A stretch of 64,000 bases of DNA, taken from assembly GCA_033764015.1 (NCBI GenBank), contig JANRJK010000036.1:192001-256000 (forward strand). The letters are read 5' to 3'. A program made the translations under genes and the position numbers. Of the stretch, positions 19,601 through 29,131 are shown in pieces. Numbering within the stretch: position 1 is the first letter of the stretch; each line of letters starts with the position of its first letter. The notes beneath the pieces are model-generated. The model saw nothing but the letters and a program-made list of their open reading frames with translations. It made no database searches and was not told the origin of the DNA. This DNA is from Candidatus Sumerlaeia bacterium (GTDB taxonomy: Bacteria > Sumerlaeota > Sumerlaeia > SLMS01 > JANRJK01).

Positions 19601-22034
19601 GGATATCGTCGCCGAGGCCGACGAATCTCTCCTGGGCTCCAGGGGGGGTGAAAGTCGGAAGGTTTGTGGGCGTGAAGTCGCTGGCACCGACGGTCGTGGT
19701 GTCGGCGAGGTAGCGGCCCTCGGGGTTGTAGACGAGGACTTCGTCGCCCGGCTGCGTGTTGGTCGTGGCGCGTGAATCAGCCCAAAGGTAGAGGAAGCCG
19801 CGCTCGTCCCAGAGATCTGCTTCCTCACCTTCGCCGAGGGGAACCTCTTCGGCGGAGAAGGAGTCGATTTCGGTCAGTTCCCCGTCAACGACATCCCAAA
19901 TGGTGAAGCTCTTCACCGGCTCCCAAGCGGGCCCGAGGACCTGTTGCGTGCCGGAGATTTCATCTTCGCCAGGGCGGTAGATCTCGATCGCGGGAATATC
20001 CACGCGGGCGAGTTCGCCGGAGACCGTGACCGTGTAAGGGGTCCAAGGCTCGCCAAGCTCCTCGGCCCGGTAATCGGGCTGCTGCGCGCCGAACTCCCAA
20101 GTCCCGTTCGGCACATCGACCAAGTCCGTCGAGCGGACGCCGTCGGGACGGAACTGGACGGTGTCCTCGGAGAAGGTGTCGCCCGCGGGATACATCGGGT
20201 TCATTGCGTTCACTCGGCCAGAGCCGAAGAATAGATTGTAGTCGTTGATGAAGTTGAGGCCTTTGAAGAATCCGCCCGGTCCAGCGCCGTCGGTGGTGCG
20301 GGCGAGCGCTTGCGACACCGTCGTGACCGTGGTGGCGGTGTCGGGAGTGATCCCCGGACGGATGCCGTCGAGGACCGCGTAGCGGGGGTCCCGGAGCATC
20401 TGGGCGGCCACGCCGGTCACCAGCGCCGTTGAGAACGAGGTCCCGCGGTAAAGCCGCACCTCGGTGTCGTCCTGGGCTTGGATCGCCGAGTAGTTGCCGT
20501 CCGCGTCGAGGCCGCCGAGTTCGGAGCTTGCGCCCTGCGTCCTCCCTTCGATGTCGGGGAAGGCGAAGGGAGCCGTGCTCTGCGACCGGAGGTTGCCCGC
20601 AGAGTCGATCATGGTGGGAGCCGAGGCGGTTGATGAGTCGAAGGGGAGGCCCGGGGCCGCGACGACGTTGCTTTGCTTGATGGATGTGTAGTTCGACGTG
20701 AGGACGCGCTGGCCGAACTCGTTCACCGAAACCACGCCGACGGTATAGGCGCTGGAGGCGGGGAAGTCCAGCCGCGGGTAGCCGGTGTCGCCGCCGGAGG
20801 CGAGGTTCAGCATGCCTAGGTTGCCGCGGCCGGCTTCGGCCGCGAGACGGTAGGCGAGGTCGCGCTCGCCCTCCTGGTCGGCGTCGATCCCGTAACTATG
20901 GTTGCCGAGCGTGACGCCGCGCGTGGTGGCGTCGTTCAAGGAGCCGACTACCCGGGCGGTCGTGGTCGAGAAGTCGGCGGCGAAAATGCGGTAGGTGATG
21001 ACCTTGGCGCCGGGCGCGACGCCGATAAGGCCCACGTTGTTGCGTGCGGCGCCGATGATGCCGGCCATGGCGGTGCCGTGCGCTCCGAACAGCGACGTGG
21101 TCATGTTGGGGAGGCTGTCGCCATCCACGAAGTCGACGCCGAGCGGAGTCGTGAAGAGCGACGGCTGGAGGTCTTCGTGGTCGAGGTCCGTTCCGGAGTC
21201 GAACACGCCGACGATGACGAAGTTGTCGTTGGGCTCGTCGCCGTAGCCGCGGGTTTGCCAGAGGCGGCTCGTGTCGAGGTCCCCGTCCTGGGACGAGAAG
21301 AACGCGTTCCGTCCGTCGGCGTTGTGGTAGTACTGCGTCGGATAGAACTCGTCGCCCGGCGCCGCCGCGGAGGGGCGCCCGTGCGGCGTGCCGCTCTTCG
21401 CGAGGTCCACGCAGCTCGTTTCGAGGAGGTCGGGGTGCGCGGCGGCGAAGCCTTCCGCGCGGGCGAGGATTTCCGGCTCCGGGGTGCTGTCGGGGAACGC
21501 CGCGACGACCACGCCCATGGAAGTTTCGAAGATGGGGGCCAAGCCCTGCTGCGAGAGGAACTCGTCGCGGCGGGATTGCGGGACCTCCGGGCGGAAGCGC
21601 AGCAGGACGCCGCCGGTGGGGACGACTAGACGGCGGGGCTCGTCGATGCCGTCGGCCATCCAGACCCCGCGGAGCGCGGCGACGGGAAGCGTGCCTTCGC
21701 GGGCGGAAAGCGAGGCGGCGACGGACTCCCGGGGGCCCTTCAGCAGCGCCATGCGCCCGGCGGCCATGGTCTTGACGAGCTCGAAGCCGAGCGCTTCCGC
21801 GTCGGCGGAGGCCCTTGCCAGCACTTCGTGTTCGCGGAGCGCGGGATCGTACACCAAGGCGGTGAGCCCGGGGTTCTGCTCAAGGCGGGTGGTGCCGCCC
21901 TCGCCGTTGCGGAGGTCGAAAGCCGTCAACGCCGTGTCGCCCGCGGCGGGCGCGGGAATGGCGTGGATCAGCGTCGCCGCCGCGGCTAGGACGGCGGCGA
22001 GACGCAGTCCGGTGCGGAGTCCGTTTCGTGACAT
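16638..22034 (-). CDS. Large secreted S8 subtilisin-like serine protease with TolB-like repeats, PT linker and duplicated C-terminal domain
   Basis: ATG at 22034 with GGAG RBS; signal peptide; triad VFDSG / HGTAMAG / GTSFS; PTPTPNTTPTP linker. Confidence 0.88.
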   Translation of the reverse strand: MSRNGLRTGLRLAAVLAAAATLIHAIPAPAAGDTALTAFDLRNGEGGTTRLEQNPGLTALVYDPALREHEVLARASADAEALGFELVKTMAAGRMALLKGPRESVAASLSAREGTLPVAALRGVWMADGIDEPRRLVVPTGGVLLRFRPEVPQSRRDEFLSQQGLAPIFETSMGVVVAAFPDSTPEPEILARAEGFAAAHPDLLETSCVDLAKSGTPHGRPSAAAPGDEFYPTQYYHNADGRNAFFSSQDGDLDTSRLWQTRGYGDEPNDNFVIVGVFDSGTDLDHEDLQPSLFTTPLGVDFVDGDSLPNMTTSLFGAHGTAMAGIIGAARNNVGLIGVAPGAKVITYRIFAADFSTTTARVVGSLNDATTRGVTLGNHSYGIDADQEGERDLAYRLAAEAGRGNLGMLNLASGGDTGYPRLDFPASSAYTVGVVSVNEFGQRVLTSNYTSIKQSNVVAAPGLPFDSSTASAPTMIDSAGNLRSQSTAPFAFPDIEGRTQGASSELGGLDADGNYSAIQAQDDTEVRLYRGTSFSTALVTGVAAQMLRDPRYAVLDGIRPGITPDTATTVTTVSQALARTTDGAGPGGFFKGLNFINDYNLFFGSGRVNAMNPMYPAGDTFSEDTVQFRPDGVRSTDLVDVPNGTWEFGAQQPDYRAEELGEPWTPYTVTVSGELARVDIPAIEIYRPGEDEISGTQQVLGPAWEPVKSFTIWDVVDGELTEIDSFSAEEVPLGEGEEADLWDERGFLYLWADSRATTNTQPGDEVLVYNPEGRYLADTTTVGASDFTPTNLPTFTPPGAQERFVGLGDDIPGNAFTSHQQVLVSPTLQAPPAPASAFAIPIWAQIDVGFELGTQNTSLITSRNADFSDLGEAIPQLDEFDTLRFELLGAGASFPVVFTGDTDRDGEAKQVVKGATVSLAVLDDAAIFDDERRFAFWSDDSEDQSGYRPIRGQSDIIIRRFNVFLGFVPPGAPFNVSMTFTPNSSYLPTYELEIPEDDSTPPAGPREGLIPHLGAAEDQPATLIQRHRFDYQGYQFAGLKLRTLPNRQALYDFFFPLTHRLASSGSRPNWTLSTGELLYSSASASRGGTFLDTISSAPVLPTRRIAPFGSGASAQANTTRRPLLELATGSSAVTGLRAHPFLSLLATTREDGTLTFSDDDAFGSVPFASASFTSASDPSFSLDGLTMALVADGGIWALYSETFDTFPTAFPANVLNSTNMPFLDRYESPVFDDTGTTIVFTAARGESQVDLYAVNAVTGRIYPPHPTNFPFPLLPFANPILLGADSTPEGFSFWALSDERDAFLAAGGELLFFVSNRVSPVDASLSANYQIYVITNLRGVIERGERAQIAHLPPALLALPAGTSYTSFRFPTLDASNTILSFVANPDANGVGDVVWTFLPALPDPVDVDPTPTPNTTPTPVRTPEPTPTPRPDDQVSLVGEFSFGAPTGWQFGTAAPELNPALGSTTGGALNITSNDTAGELNCFGFFTSPAKAFAPNSSDRYYLYRTYLRANASALDKTPTIRSRINSGDFQLAYTSEINSLGNFSEVPGSSDADRRAIDIVFKAPADFFTGVIEQERNFRLSIDLLNFLQDDDRFGSISLDRVEIYALGADTLSPVSTIYQSELNGASDQNGWVFGNAEPVIDTMIGTADSSGLRIAATANDNNFGFWSTQAGFVVGPSFSEFPAVVRLTARIRSANTGSPLLNPDIRLRVNTEDFSRNSVAVISSTGNGAMQPVGSEVLELSTYLVLRAQPSTPNFILSFDGLAFDRSSVTPQPIILDSVTFEEVRIAGYPALTP

Positions 22035-22195
22035 GCAGTTGCTCCCCCAAGCGGGTAGGCCCGTGGAATGGTGCTCAGCGTTGGTGAGGTCGCTTCGAGT
22101 CATCACGCCATCGTTGGCGCCATTGCCTTGAGAATGCCTTGAGGCTTCCCGCGCGCGCCACTCGTCGCAAGGCTTTTCCCCCTCGGGCGTAGGGT

Positions 22196-25054
22196 ATGCA
22201 GGGACCGGCGGACGCCGCTCGCCATTCCAGGGTCCGGGACCTGACGACACTGAGCATCGACTTTCGCCCCACGCCGCCCGACCGTCCGGCGGTTCCAAGC
22301 GTTTCCTCCGCCGAGCGAGGTTCCCCGGCGCTCCTCTTCCTCGGACTCGCCGGGTTGGAGTTGCTGCGGCTCTTCCGTAGCGCCCGCTGGCGCGGGCTGG
22401 CGCTTGCGAGCGCGGGGCTCGCCGCGGCCTTTTCTTGGGCCGGGTCCTTCGGCGAGGGGGCGTCCGTGTTCGCGCCCGGCGGCCCGGTCGGCTTGATTGG
22501 GGCGTGCCTCGTCGGACTGCTCGCGGGGCTTGTGTTCGGTGTGGATGCGGTCGGCGCGCGGGACCGGCACCGGGCGGAGCGGCTCTTGGAGTCGCGCCTC
22601 TTGCAGCCGCTGTTGTTCACCGGCGCCCAGTGGTTGGCGGCGCTGGTGGGGCTGGCGGCCCCCATCGCACTCTATCTGTTGTGGCAGACCGCCGGCGCTT
22701 GGCGCGGGGGGTTGGAGGTCCTGTGGACGCCGCCGCTGGTCTTCCTTTTCGCCGTCGCGCTCCCCTTGGCGGGTTGCGGCGTGGCGGCGGGGATCATGGC
22801 GCGCTGCCTGGTCCGCAGCGACGTGGCCTCGGTCGGGATCGCGGCGGCGGCGGTGCTTCCCGCGGTGTGGTTCCGCCTCGAGGTCTCCGAACCATTGTCA
22901 TTGATGTCCCGATCCAGCCTCGAACTGGGGCTGCTGGAGCCGGCGGGGCGGATCTGGGCCGACGCGGTGGTCGCTTGGGGTTGCGCGCTTTGGCCGCTTG
23001 GGGTGGCGGGGTTGCTTCTGCCGCGGTGGCGGGGACGGACGCCGGTGGCGGGCGGGTCGCTCGGACGCCTTTCCCGGTTGGCGACGGTGCGCCGCGTCGG
23101 TTCGGCGCTGGGGCGCATTCCGAAGTCCCGCGGGGCGGTTGGGCTTGCGGTGTCGCTCGTTCTGATGGCGGCGGGGGGCGAAGCGGCGCGCCGCGCGGCG
23201 ACGTCTCCGCGCTTCCGCCCCGAAAGCCCGATCGACTGGGCGCGGCTGCGGCAGCCGGACGGCGCGCAGAACGGGCGTGTGCATGCGGCGACGATCCTCG
23301 AACGCGAGATCACGCTGGCGGACAACCCTCGCGACGCCTTCGAGGTGCGCCTCGCGCTGCGAGGAACGGTTCCCGGGCAGCGCGTCGCGGCGTTGACGTT
23401 CGGGCCGGGACACCGGCTGGCCGCGCTTCGCGTGGAAACAGGTTCGGTCGGCATCTTCGCGGAGCAAGGTGGTGGAGCCCCCGACTATTGGTTCCTCAGC
23501 TTTGATCCACCGTTGGAGCCGGATTCAGAGCGCTTCCTGGTCGCGCAGGTGCGCGCGACTTCCGCGGGGATGCGGCGCTGGGAGCGCGCCTACCATCCGG
23601 CTTTCCGCAGTTTCGCGGGGACGCCGGACTGGTGGGGCGAGTCGCCGGAGCTGCTGTTCCCGTTCCAGGAGGCGAGGCTCGTCCGGCAAGCGGCTCCCTT
23701 CGCGATCAACCTGCCGGAGGCGCCGGGGCTCCGCTGGGTGGCGGGCAACGCGACGCCCGGACCCGGCGCGCGCGGCGGGCGCTTGGTGCAGGAGCGTCCC
23801 GGCACCCCGGCGTCGCTGGTCGCCGCCGCGCTGTCGGAGTGGCCCGGTCCCGAGGGTGCGCTGCCGACGCGCTGGCTGCTGCAGCCGCACCGCGGGGAGT
23901 TGGGGGCGAAGCTGAACACCGTTTACGGCGAGCAGCTCCGCCGCCTGACGCGGACCTTCGGGGTCGACGTGCCGGGGTTGGTGTTCTACGAAGTGCCCGA
24001 GCAGTCCTCCGTGGATCCGCTGGCGCTGCCGTCGCCGCTGCTGGACCAGATGGAGGCGATGCTGCCGATGTACGACCACTGGCAGGCGCCGAGCGCGGCG
24101 CGGTTCGACGCGTCGTTCGCGGCGGCGCACCGCCGCGCGGTGCGCGAGTTGGTTTCCGGAGGCTGGGAGGGCTTCGAGGACCCGGCGCTGCTCCGCGACG
24201 CGATGACGGAATATCTACATAGCTATGCGTTGGGGGGCGGCGGCTACAGCGGCCTGCTCAACCGCGCGCGCCGGGATGTGGCGTTCGTGCCCTGGCCGAT
24301 ATTGCGGAGCGACCGGCGGGCGGCGGAGACGCGGAGCCGCATCGGGTTCGGCGGCGGCGGCCAGCGCGGCGGGCGCGGTGGCTGGGGGCAGAAGCCGCAG
24401 CAGGACACGCGGCCGAAGGTGGCGCTCGGCTACGACCCGTTCCAAGTGCGCGAGTCGGACGCGGCGCGGTTCCTCGGGCCGCTTGATCCGGCGCTCCGTC
24501 CCGACAGCATGGCGGAGCCGGGGGAACGCCGCCGGCTCGCGTTCATCCACATGCTGCGGGGCTTCCTGGGAGAGGACCGGTTCGAGCGGTTCATCCGCGA
24601 AACCTACGGCGCCGGGGGCGGCGGGACGCTGACCATGGCGCGCTTCCGCGAGCTGGCGGAGCGCCACTCGCCGGAGCCGCTGGGGTGGCTGTTCGACCAG
24701 TTCCACCGCGACGGCGCGCTGCCGCGGCTGCGCGTGATCGAGTTGCAGTGCTTCCTGGCGGACAATCCGGAGACGCGGGTGCTGGAGTACCGCACCCGGG
24801 TCGAGGTGGCGAATCTCGGCACCGGGCTGGTGCCGGTGCCCTACGAGCTTTCCGCGGACAAGGACGCGGTGCGCGGGACGGTTTGGCTTGGGCCGGGTGA
24901 GCGGCGGGAGCTGAACATCACCACGCTGGACCGGCCGCAGCAGTTCGCGCTGGATCCGGAGTCGTGGCTGCTCAACCAGCCGGAGTTCGCGCCCGGCGAC
25001 CAGTCGGTGATCCGGCCCCAAGTGGTGATCAAGTCGGTCACAGAGCTGAAGTAG
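22196..25054 (+). CDS. Multi-TM membrane protein fused to an M1-aminopeptidase-like C-terminal region (zinc motif apparently degenerate)
   Basis: N-terminal TM bundle; C-terminal HMLRGFLGEDRF...LGWLFDQF..GALP and LDPESWLL are M1-like; start uncertain. Confidence 0.65.
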   Translation: MQGPADAARHSRVRDLTTLSIDFRPTPPDRPAVPSVSSAERGSPALLFLGLAGLELLRLFRSARWRGLALASAGLAAAFSWAGSFGEGASVFAPGGPVGLIGACLVGLLAGLVFGVDAVGARDRHRAERLLESRLLQPLLFTGAQWLAALVGLAAPIALYLLWQTAGAWRGGLEVLWTPPLVFLFAVALPLAGCGVAAGIMARCLVRSDVASVGIAAAAVLPAVWFRLEVSEPLSLMSRSSLELGLLEPAGRIWADAVVAWGCALWPLGVAGLLLPRWRGRTPVAGGSLGRLSRLATVRRVGSALGRIPKSRGAVGLAVSLVLMAAGGEAARRAATSPRFRPESPIDWARLRQPDGAQNGRVHAATILEREITLADNPRDAFEVRLALRGTVPGQRVAALTFGPGHRLAALRVETGSVGIFAEQGGGAPDYWFLSFDPPLEPDSERFLVAQVRATSAGMRRWERAYHPAFRSFAGTPDWWGESPELLFPFQEARLVRQAAPFAINLPEAPGLRWVAGNATPGPGARGGRLVQERPGTPASLVAAALSEWPGPEGALPTRWLLQPHRGELGAKLNTVYGEQLRRLTRTFGVDVPGLVFYEVPEQSSVDPLALPSPLLDQMEAMLPMYDHWQAPSAARFDASFAAAHRRAVRELVSGGWEGFEDPALLRDAMTEYLHSYALGGGGYSGLLNRARRDVAFVPWPILRSDRRAAETRSRIGFGGGGQRGGRGGWGQKPQQDTRPKVALGYDPFQVRESDAARFLGPLDPALRPDSMAEPGERRRLAFIHMLRGFLGEDRFERFIRETYGAGGGGTLTMARFRELAERHSPEPLGWLFDQFHRDGALPRLRVIELQCFLADNPETRVLEYRTRVEVANLGTGLVPVPYELSADKDAVRGTVWLGPGERRELNITTLDRPQQFALDPESWLLNQPEFAPGDQSVIRPQVVIKSVTELK

Positions 25055-25163
25055 CGCGGGCTCCGGCGCAAAAGAGCGTTGCGGGCGGAGCGGGCTCCCG
25101 GTTGGCTTTCATCGATAACTCTTTGATTCTTCCTCCCACGCCGCCGCGGAGCACGCCCTCCCC

Positions 25164-27290
25164 TTGGACAAGAACCTCGTCGATATCCTATGGGTCGCCG
25201 TCTGCTCGACCCTTGTGTTCGCAATGCAAGCCGGCTTCCTGTGCCTCGAGACTGGGCTGTGCCGATCCAAGAACTTCATCAACGTCGCGATCAAGAACCT
25301 GATCGATGCGGGCATTTGCGTGCTCATCTTCTGGGCCGTCGGCTATGCGTTCATGTTCGGGACGTCGGCGAACGGCATCATTGGCTTATCGGGCTGGTTC
25401 CAGGATCTGAACGGGAACGACCTTTGGAAGGCGACGTTCTTCGTCTACCAGACGATGTTCTGCTCGACGGCGGTGACGATCCTGTCGGGGGCGGTGGCGG
25501 AGCGGATGCGGATCGGCGCGTACTGCGCGTCGGTGGTGGTGATTTCGGCGCTGATCTATCCGGTCTTCGGGCACTGGGTGTGGAGCGGCGCGCTAACGGA
25601 GGAGTACACCGGGTGGCTGGGCCGACTCGGTTTCGTGGACTTCGCGGGGTCCAGCGTGGTCCACAGCCTGGGAGGCTGGATTTCGCTGGCTGCGCTGCTC
25701 CATATCGGCCCGCGGACCGGCCGATTCCCGAAGGACGGGCCGCCGCGCGAGATTCCCGGCGCCAATGTTCCGTTCGCAGTGCTCGGCTGCATGATCCTTT
25801 GGATCGGCTGGATCGGCTTCAACGGCGGCAGCACCTTCGCCTTCAACCTATTGGTGCCGAAGATCATCGCGAACACGTTGTTGGGGGGGTGCGCCGGTAT
25901 GGTGGCGTGCCTGATCTGGTCCGGTATGATGGGGAGGCACATCCGGGTGGACTGGGCGATGAACGGTGTGCTTGCGGGCTGCGTGTCGATTACAGCGGGC
26001 TGCCATGCGTTTACGACTCCGCTGGCGGTGCTGGTCGGCGCGGTGGGGGGAATCCTCGCGATGGTCGGCGTGGACCTGCTGGAGCGGCGGCGCATCGACG
26101 ACGCGGTCAGCGCTGTACCGGTCCACTTGATGGCGGGCGTGTGGGGCACACTGGCGGTGGGCTTGTTCGGCGACGTGGAACTGCTCGGTACGGGCCTGAC
26201 GCGGGGACGGCAGATCCTGGCGCAGCTCACCGGTATCGCGGCGGTGGGGGTATGGGCGTTCACGCTGGGCTGGCTGATGTACTTCGTGATGAAGAAGATC
26301 ACGCGCATCCGTGTGACGCCGGAGGAGGAGCGCGTTGGGTTGAACGTCTCCGAGCACGGTGCGCAGACCGAGACGCTCGATTTCTTCCTCGTGATGGACG
26401 AGCAGGCGCGAACGGGGAACCTGTCGCTGCGCGTGCCGGAGGAGCCGTTCACCGAAGTGGGCATGATTGCGGCGCGCTACAACGAGGTCATGTCGAACCT
26501 GGAGCGCATGGTGGCCCGAACGGAGGCGATCGTGAAGTCCTCGATGGATGCGATCCTTGTGGTCGAGCGGGACAGCGGCGTCCTGGCGTCGGTCAACCCG
26601 GCGGGCCTTGAACTGCTGCGCCGGAAGGAAGGGGAACTGGAAGGGACCCCGCTGACCCGCTCGATCCGGCTGGAGTCGGATGCGGCGGACAGCGAGGCGA
26701 TGGGGTTGCTGGAGCGCCTCGGCGAACTCGCGGAGTCGCGGCAGCGCGTTGCGCAAGTGCTGACTCGGCCAGACGGCACGCAAGTGCCCGTGGAAACGGC
26801 GGCCACGCTATCGGAAGTGCAGGGAGCGCGGTTCTACACTGTAACGCTGTCGGACATTTCCGAGCGGCGCGACGCGGAGGAGAAGCTGCGCGCGGGTCGG
26901 CGCGAGAAGGACGCGATCTTCGAGGCGGTTTCCGAGGGTGTTTTCATCATCGACGAGTCGGGGCGCATCAGCGAGGCGAACCCGTCGGCGATGCACTTGT
27001 TCCGGTCGTCGATGGAGGCGCTGCGCGGACGGTTCCTTTGGGACATCGTGTTTCCGGAGCGGCTGCGCGAGCGGGTGCGCTACGGGGTGGCGCGGCTGGT
27101 GGCGAACCCCCGGGACCCGGTGCTGGGGAAGCCGATCCGGACCAGTTGCACGCACCAGCGCGAGGAGCTGCCGGTGGAGATCGTGTTCCGGCGCATCCAG
27201 ACCGACATGACTGTCGGGCTGGTGGTGCTTATCCGCCCGATGGGAGCGACGCTGTCGCGGGGGACGGCATTGGAATCGCTGCCGTTCTGA
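25164..27290 (+). CDS. amt: Ammonium transporter (Amt) fused to two PAS domains
   Basis: MQAGF, SGAVAER, DFAGSSVVH, GWIGFNGGS, DDAVSAVPVH; PAS-like SVNPAG...RPDGTQVPVE and EANPSA. Confidence 0.92.
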   Translation: MDKNLVDILWVAVCSTLVFAMQAGFLCLETGLCRSKNFINVAIKNLIDAGICVLIFWAVGYAFMFGTSANGIIGLSGWFQDLNGNDLWKATFFVYQTMFCSTAVTILSGAVAERMRIGAYCASVVVISALIYPVFGHWVWSGALTEEYTGWLGRLGFVDFAGSSVVHSLGGWISLAALLHIGPRTGRFPKDGPPREIPGANVPFAVLGCMILWIGWIGFNGGSTFAFNLLVPKIIANTLLGGCAGMVACLIWSGMMGRHIRVDWAMNGVLAGCVSITAGCHAFTTPLAVLVGAVGGILAMVGVDLLERRRIDDAVSAVPVHLMAGVWGTLAVGLFGDVELLGTGLTRGRQILAQLTGIAAVGVWAFTLGWLMYFVMKKITRIRVTPEEERVGLNVSEHGAQTETLDFFLVMDEQARTGNLSLRVPEEPFTEVGMIAARYNEVMSNLERMVARTEAIVKSSMDAILVVERDSGVLASVNPAGLELLRRKEGELEGTPLTRSIRLESDAADSEAMGLLERLGELAESRQRVAQVLTRPDGTQVPVETAATLSEVQGARFYTVTLSDISERRDAEEKLRAGRREKDAIFEAVSEGVFIIDESGRISEANPSAMHLFRSSMEALRGRFLWDIVFPERLRERVRYGVARLVANPRDPVLGKPIRTSCTHQREELPVEIVFRRIQTDMTVGLVVLIRPMGATLSRGTALESLPF

Positions 27291-28953
27291 CGCTTGGACC
27301 GCGGGGCGTGTGGGATTCCCGGTTCAGTTCTTCGACGCTCGGAATGCCGGTGAAGAGGACAGGCGTGGTGTCGCGGCGCCCGGCGGGCGACAAAGTGCGC
27401 AGATTCGCGGCGCGGCTGCGGTCAAGCCCCCAGAGGGCGGTCACGATGAGCAGCACGAGGAGGATCGCGGCGGCGAGCATGGAGACTTGGCGCTGCCGCT
27501 CGCGGTGGGCGAGCCACTCGATATGGCGCTCAACCCGCGTGTGCGACTCGGCCTTGGTGTTTTCGTCGTCGAACTTGTCGGCGTACTGGCGCGCGAGGAT
27601 GGTCTCGTTGTGCGACAGGGCGACGTCGAAGTAGGACTTAACGAGCCAGCGGCGGAGTTCCGGGACGGCGGGGTTCTCGCGGGAGAGCTCGCCGGCGCGC
27701 TCCACCAGGCGTTCGATCTCGGAGAGCAGGGCGTAGGTGCGCGGGTCGCCGGAGAGCAGCTCCCGCGCGCGGTCCGTGAGTTCGACGGATTCGCGGCTCT
27801 TGCCGAACCCGGTCATGAAGGCTTGGAGCTCGGCGAGGAACTCGGAGGCGGAGTGGTGCCGCTTCCAGGAGTCGCGGGAGAGAGCCTTCATGCAGATGCG
27901 GGAGAGTTCGGGTGGGATGCGTCGGCCGTCCTCGACGCGCGCCTCCGGGGTCTGGGGCGCGGCCTCGGCGGCCTGCTTGAGCACCTTGGCGGCGGTCTTC
28001 CCCTGGTAGGGCGGCGTGTCGGTGAGGATGTTGTAGAGGATACCGCCGAGCAGGAAGACGTCCGTCCAGGGGCCGAGCTTCTCCGAGGTCTGGAGGGTTT
28101 GTTCGGGCGCCATGTAGGCGGGGGTGCCGGCGGGATTGCCCGCGCGGGCCAGCGGCACGGGGCGGTGGCCGTCGGCGAAGTAGGCGTCGCTGGTGGGCTG
28201 CTGCGGATCGACGAAGAGGCAGGCCAGGCCCCAGTCCATCAGGAGCACTTCGCCGAACTCGCCGACCATCACCTGCGACGGTTTGAGGTCGCGGTGGAGC
28301 ACGCCTCGGGAGTGGGCGAAGGCGACGGCCTGGCAAACGTCGACGAGGACCGGCAGGTGGCGGGCCAAGCGCTGCGCGAAGGGCAGCTCGCGGTCCACCT
28401 TGAGCATCACGTCCCAGGAGGTGCCGCGGACCAGCTTCATGGCGAGCATCGGCTCGCCGTCGCTATCGAGCGTGAGGTCGTACACCGGGACGATGTTCGG
28501 ATGGTCGAGGACGGCGGTGATGAGCGCCTCGCTCTTGAAGCTCTTGGTGAGGTTCTCGTTGATGCTTCCTTCGCCGTTCAGGGAGCTGGAGCCACTCTTG
28601 TCGCCCTTGATCTTCTTCACGGCGACGCGGCGTCCGAGGGACTTCTGGGTGGCTTCCCAGACCTCGCCGTAGCCGCCTTTGCCGACCACGCGCTGCAGTT
28701 CGAAGGGGGTGCCTTCGACTTTGAAGAGCTCCGTGAGCTTCTCGTCGCGGGCGTAGCGTTGCGAGGTTTCGGACCCTCGGTTGACCTGGCTGGTCGCCTC
28801 GACGTCGTCGGAGGCGTCCGAGGGCGGAGCGACCGAGAGCGTGAGCTTTTCCGGGTTGAAGGTGTCGCCCGGATCGGCGGTCGCGAGGGTTTCCTCGAAG
28901 AGTCGGTCTCGGTCTGAATGGGGAGCGGGCATGGGGGGATTCGGGCTTGGCAT
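27229..28953 (-). CDS. Hanks-type Ser/Thr protein kinase with C-terminal TM helix
   Basis: GKGGYGEV, VAVKK, HPNIVPVYD, HRDLKPSQV, DWG, GTPAYMAPE. Confidence 0.92.
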   Translation of the reverse strand: MPSPNPPMPAPHSDRDRLFEETLATADPGDTFNPEKLTLSVAPPSDASDDVEATSQVNRGSETSQRYARDEKLTELFKVEGTPFELQRVVGKGGYGEVWEATQKSLGRRVAVKKIKGDKSGSSSLNGEGSINENLTKSFKSEALITAVLDHPNIVPVYDLTLDSDGEPMLAMKLVRGTSWDVMLKVDRELPFAQRLARHLPVLVDVCQAVAFAHSRGVLHRDLKPSQVMVGEFGEVLLMDWGLACLFVDPQQPTSDAYFADGHRPVPLARAGNPAGTPAYMAPEQTLQTSEKLGPWTDVFLLGGILYNILTDTPPYQGKTAAKVLKQAAEAAPQTPEARVEDGRRIPPELSRICMKALSRDSWKRHHSASEFLAELQAFMTGFGKSRESVELTDRARELLSGDPRTYALLSEIERLVERAGELSRENPAVPELRRWLVKSYFDVALSHNETILARQYADKFDDENTKAESHTRVERHIEWLAHRERQRQVSMLAAAILLVLLIVTALWGLDRSRAANLRTLSPAGRRDTTPVLFTGIPSVEELNRESHTPRGPSVRTAAIPMPSPATASLPSGG

Positions 28954-29131
28954 CTTGCGGGTGAGGCTATGGGCAGGGGCCCGCACACGCAAGCGGTATC
29001 AGGGTTTCCCCGGACACCGGCAAGGACCAGCGAAGATCGGCTGGCTTTGTGCTTCCAATCGGGAGGAACGGATGTTACAATTCTAGACACGCAGCGGATC
29101 TGCTGCGAAACGCCCCTCCCGGAGACCGTCG

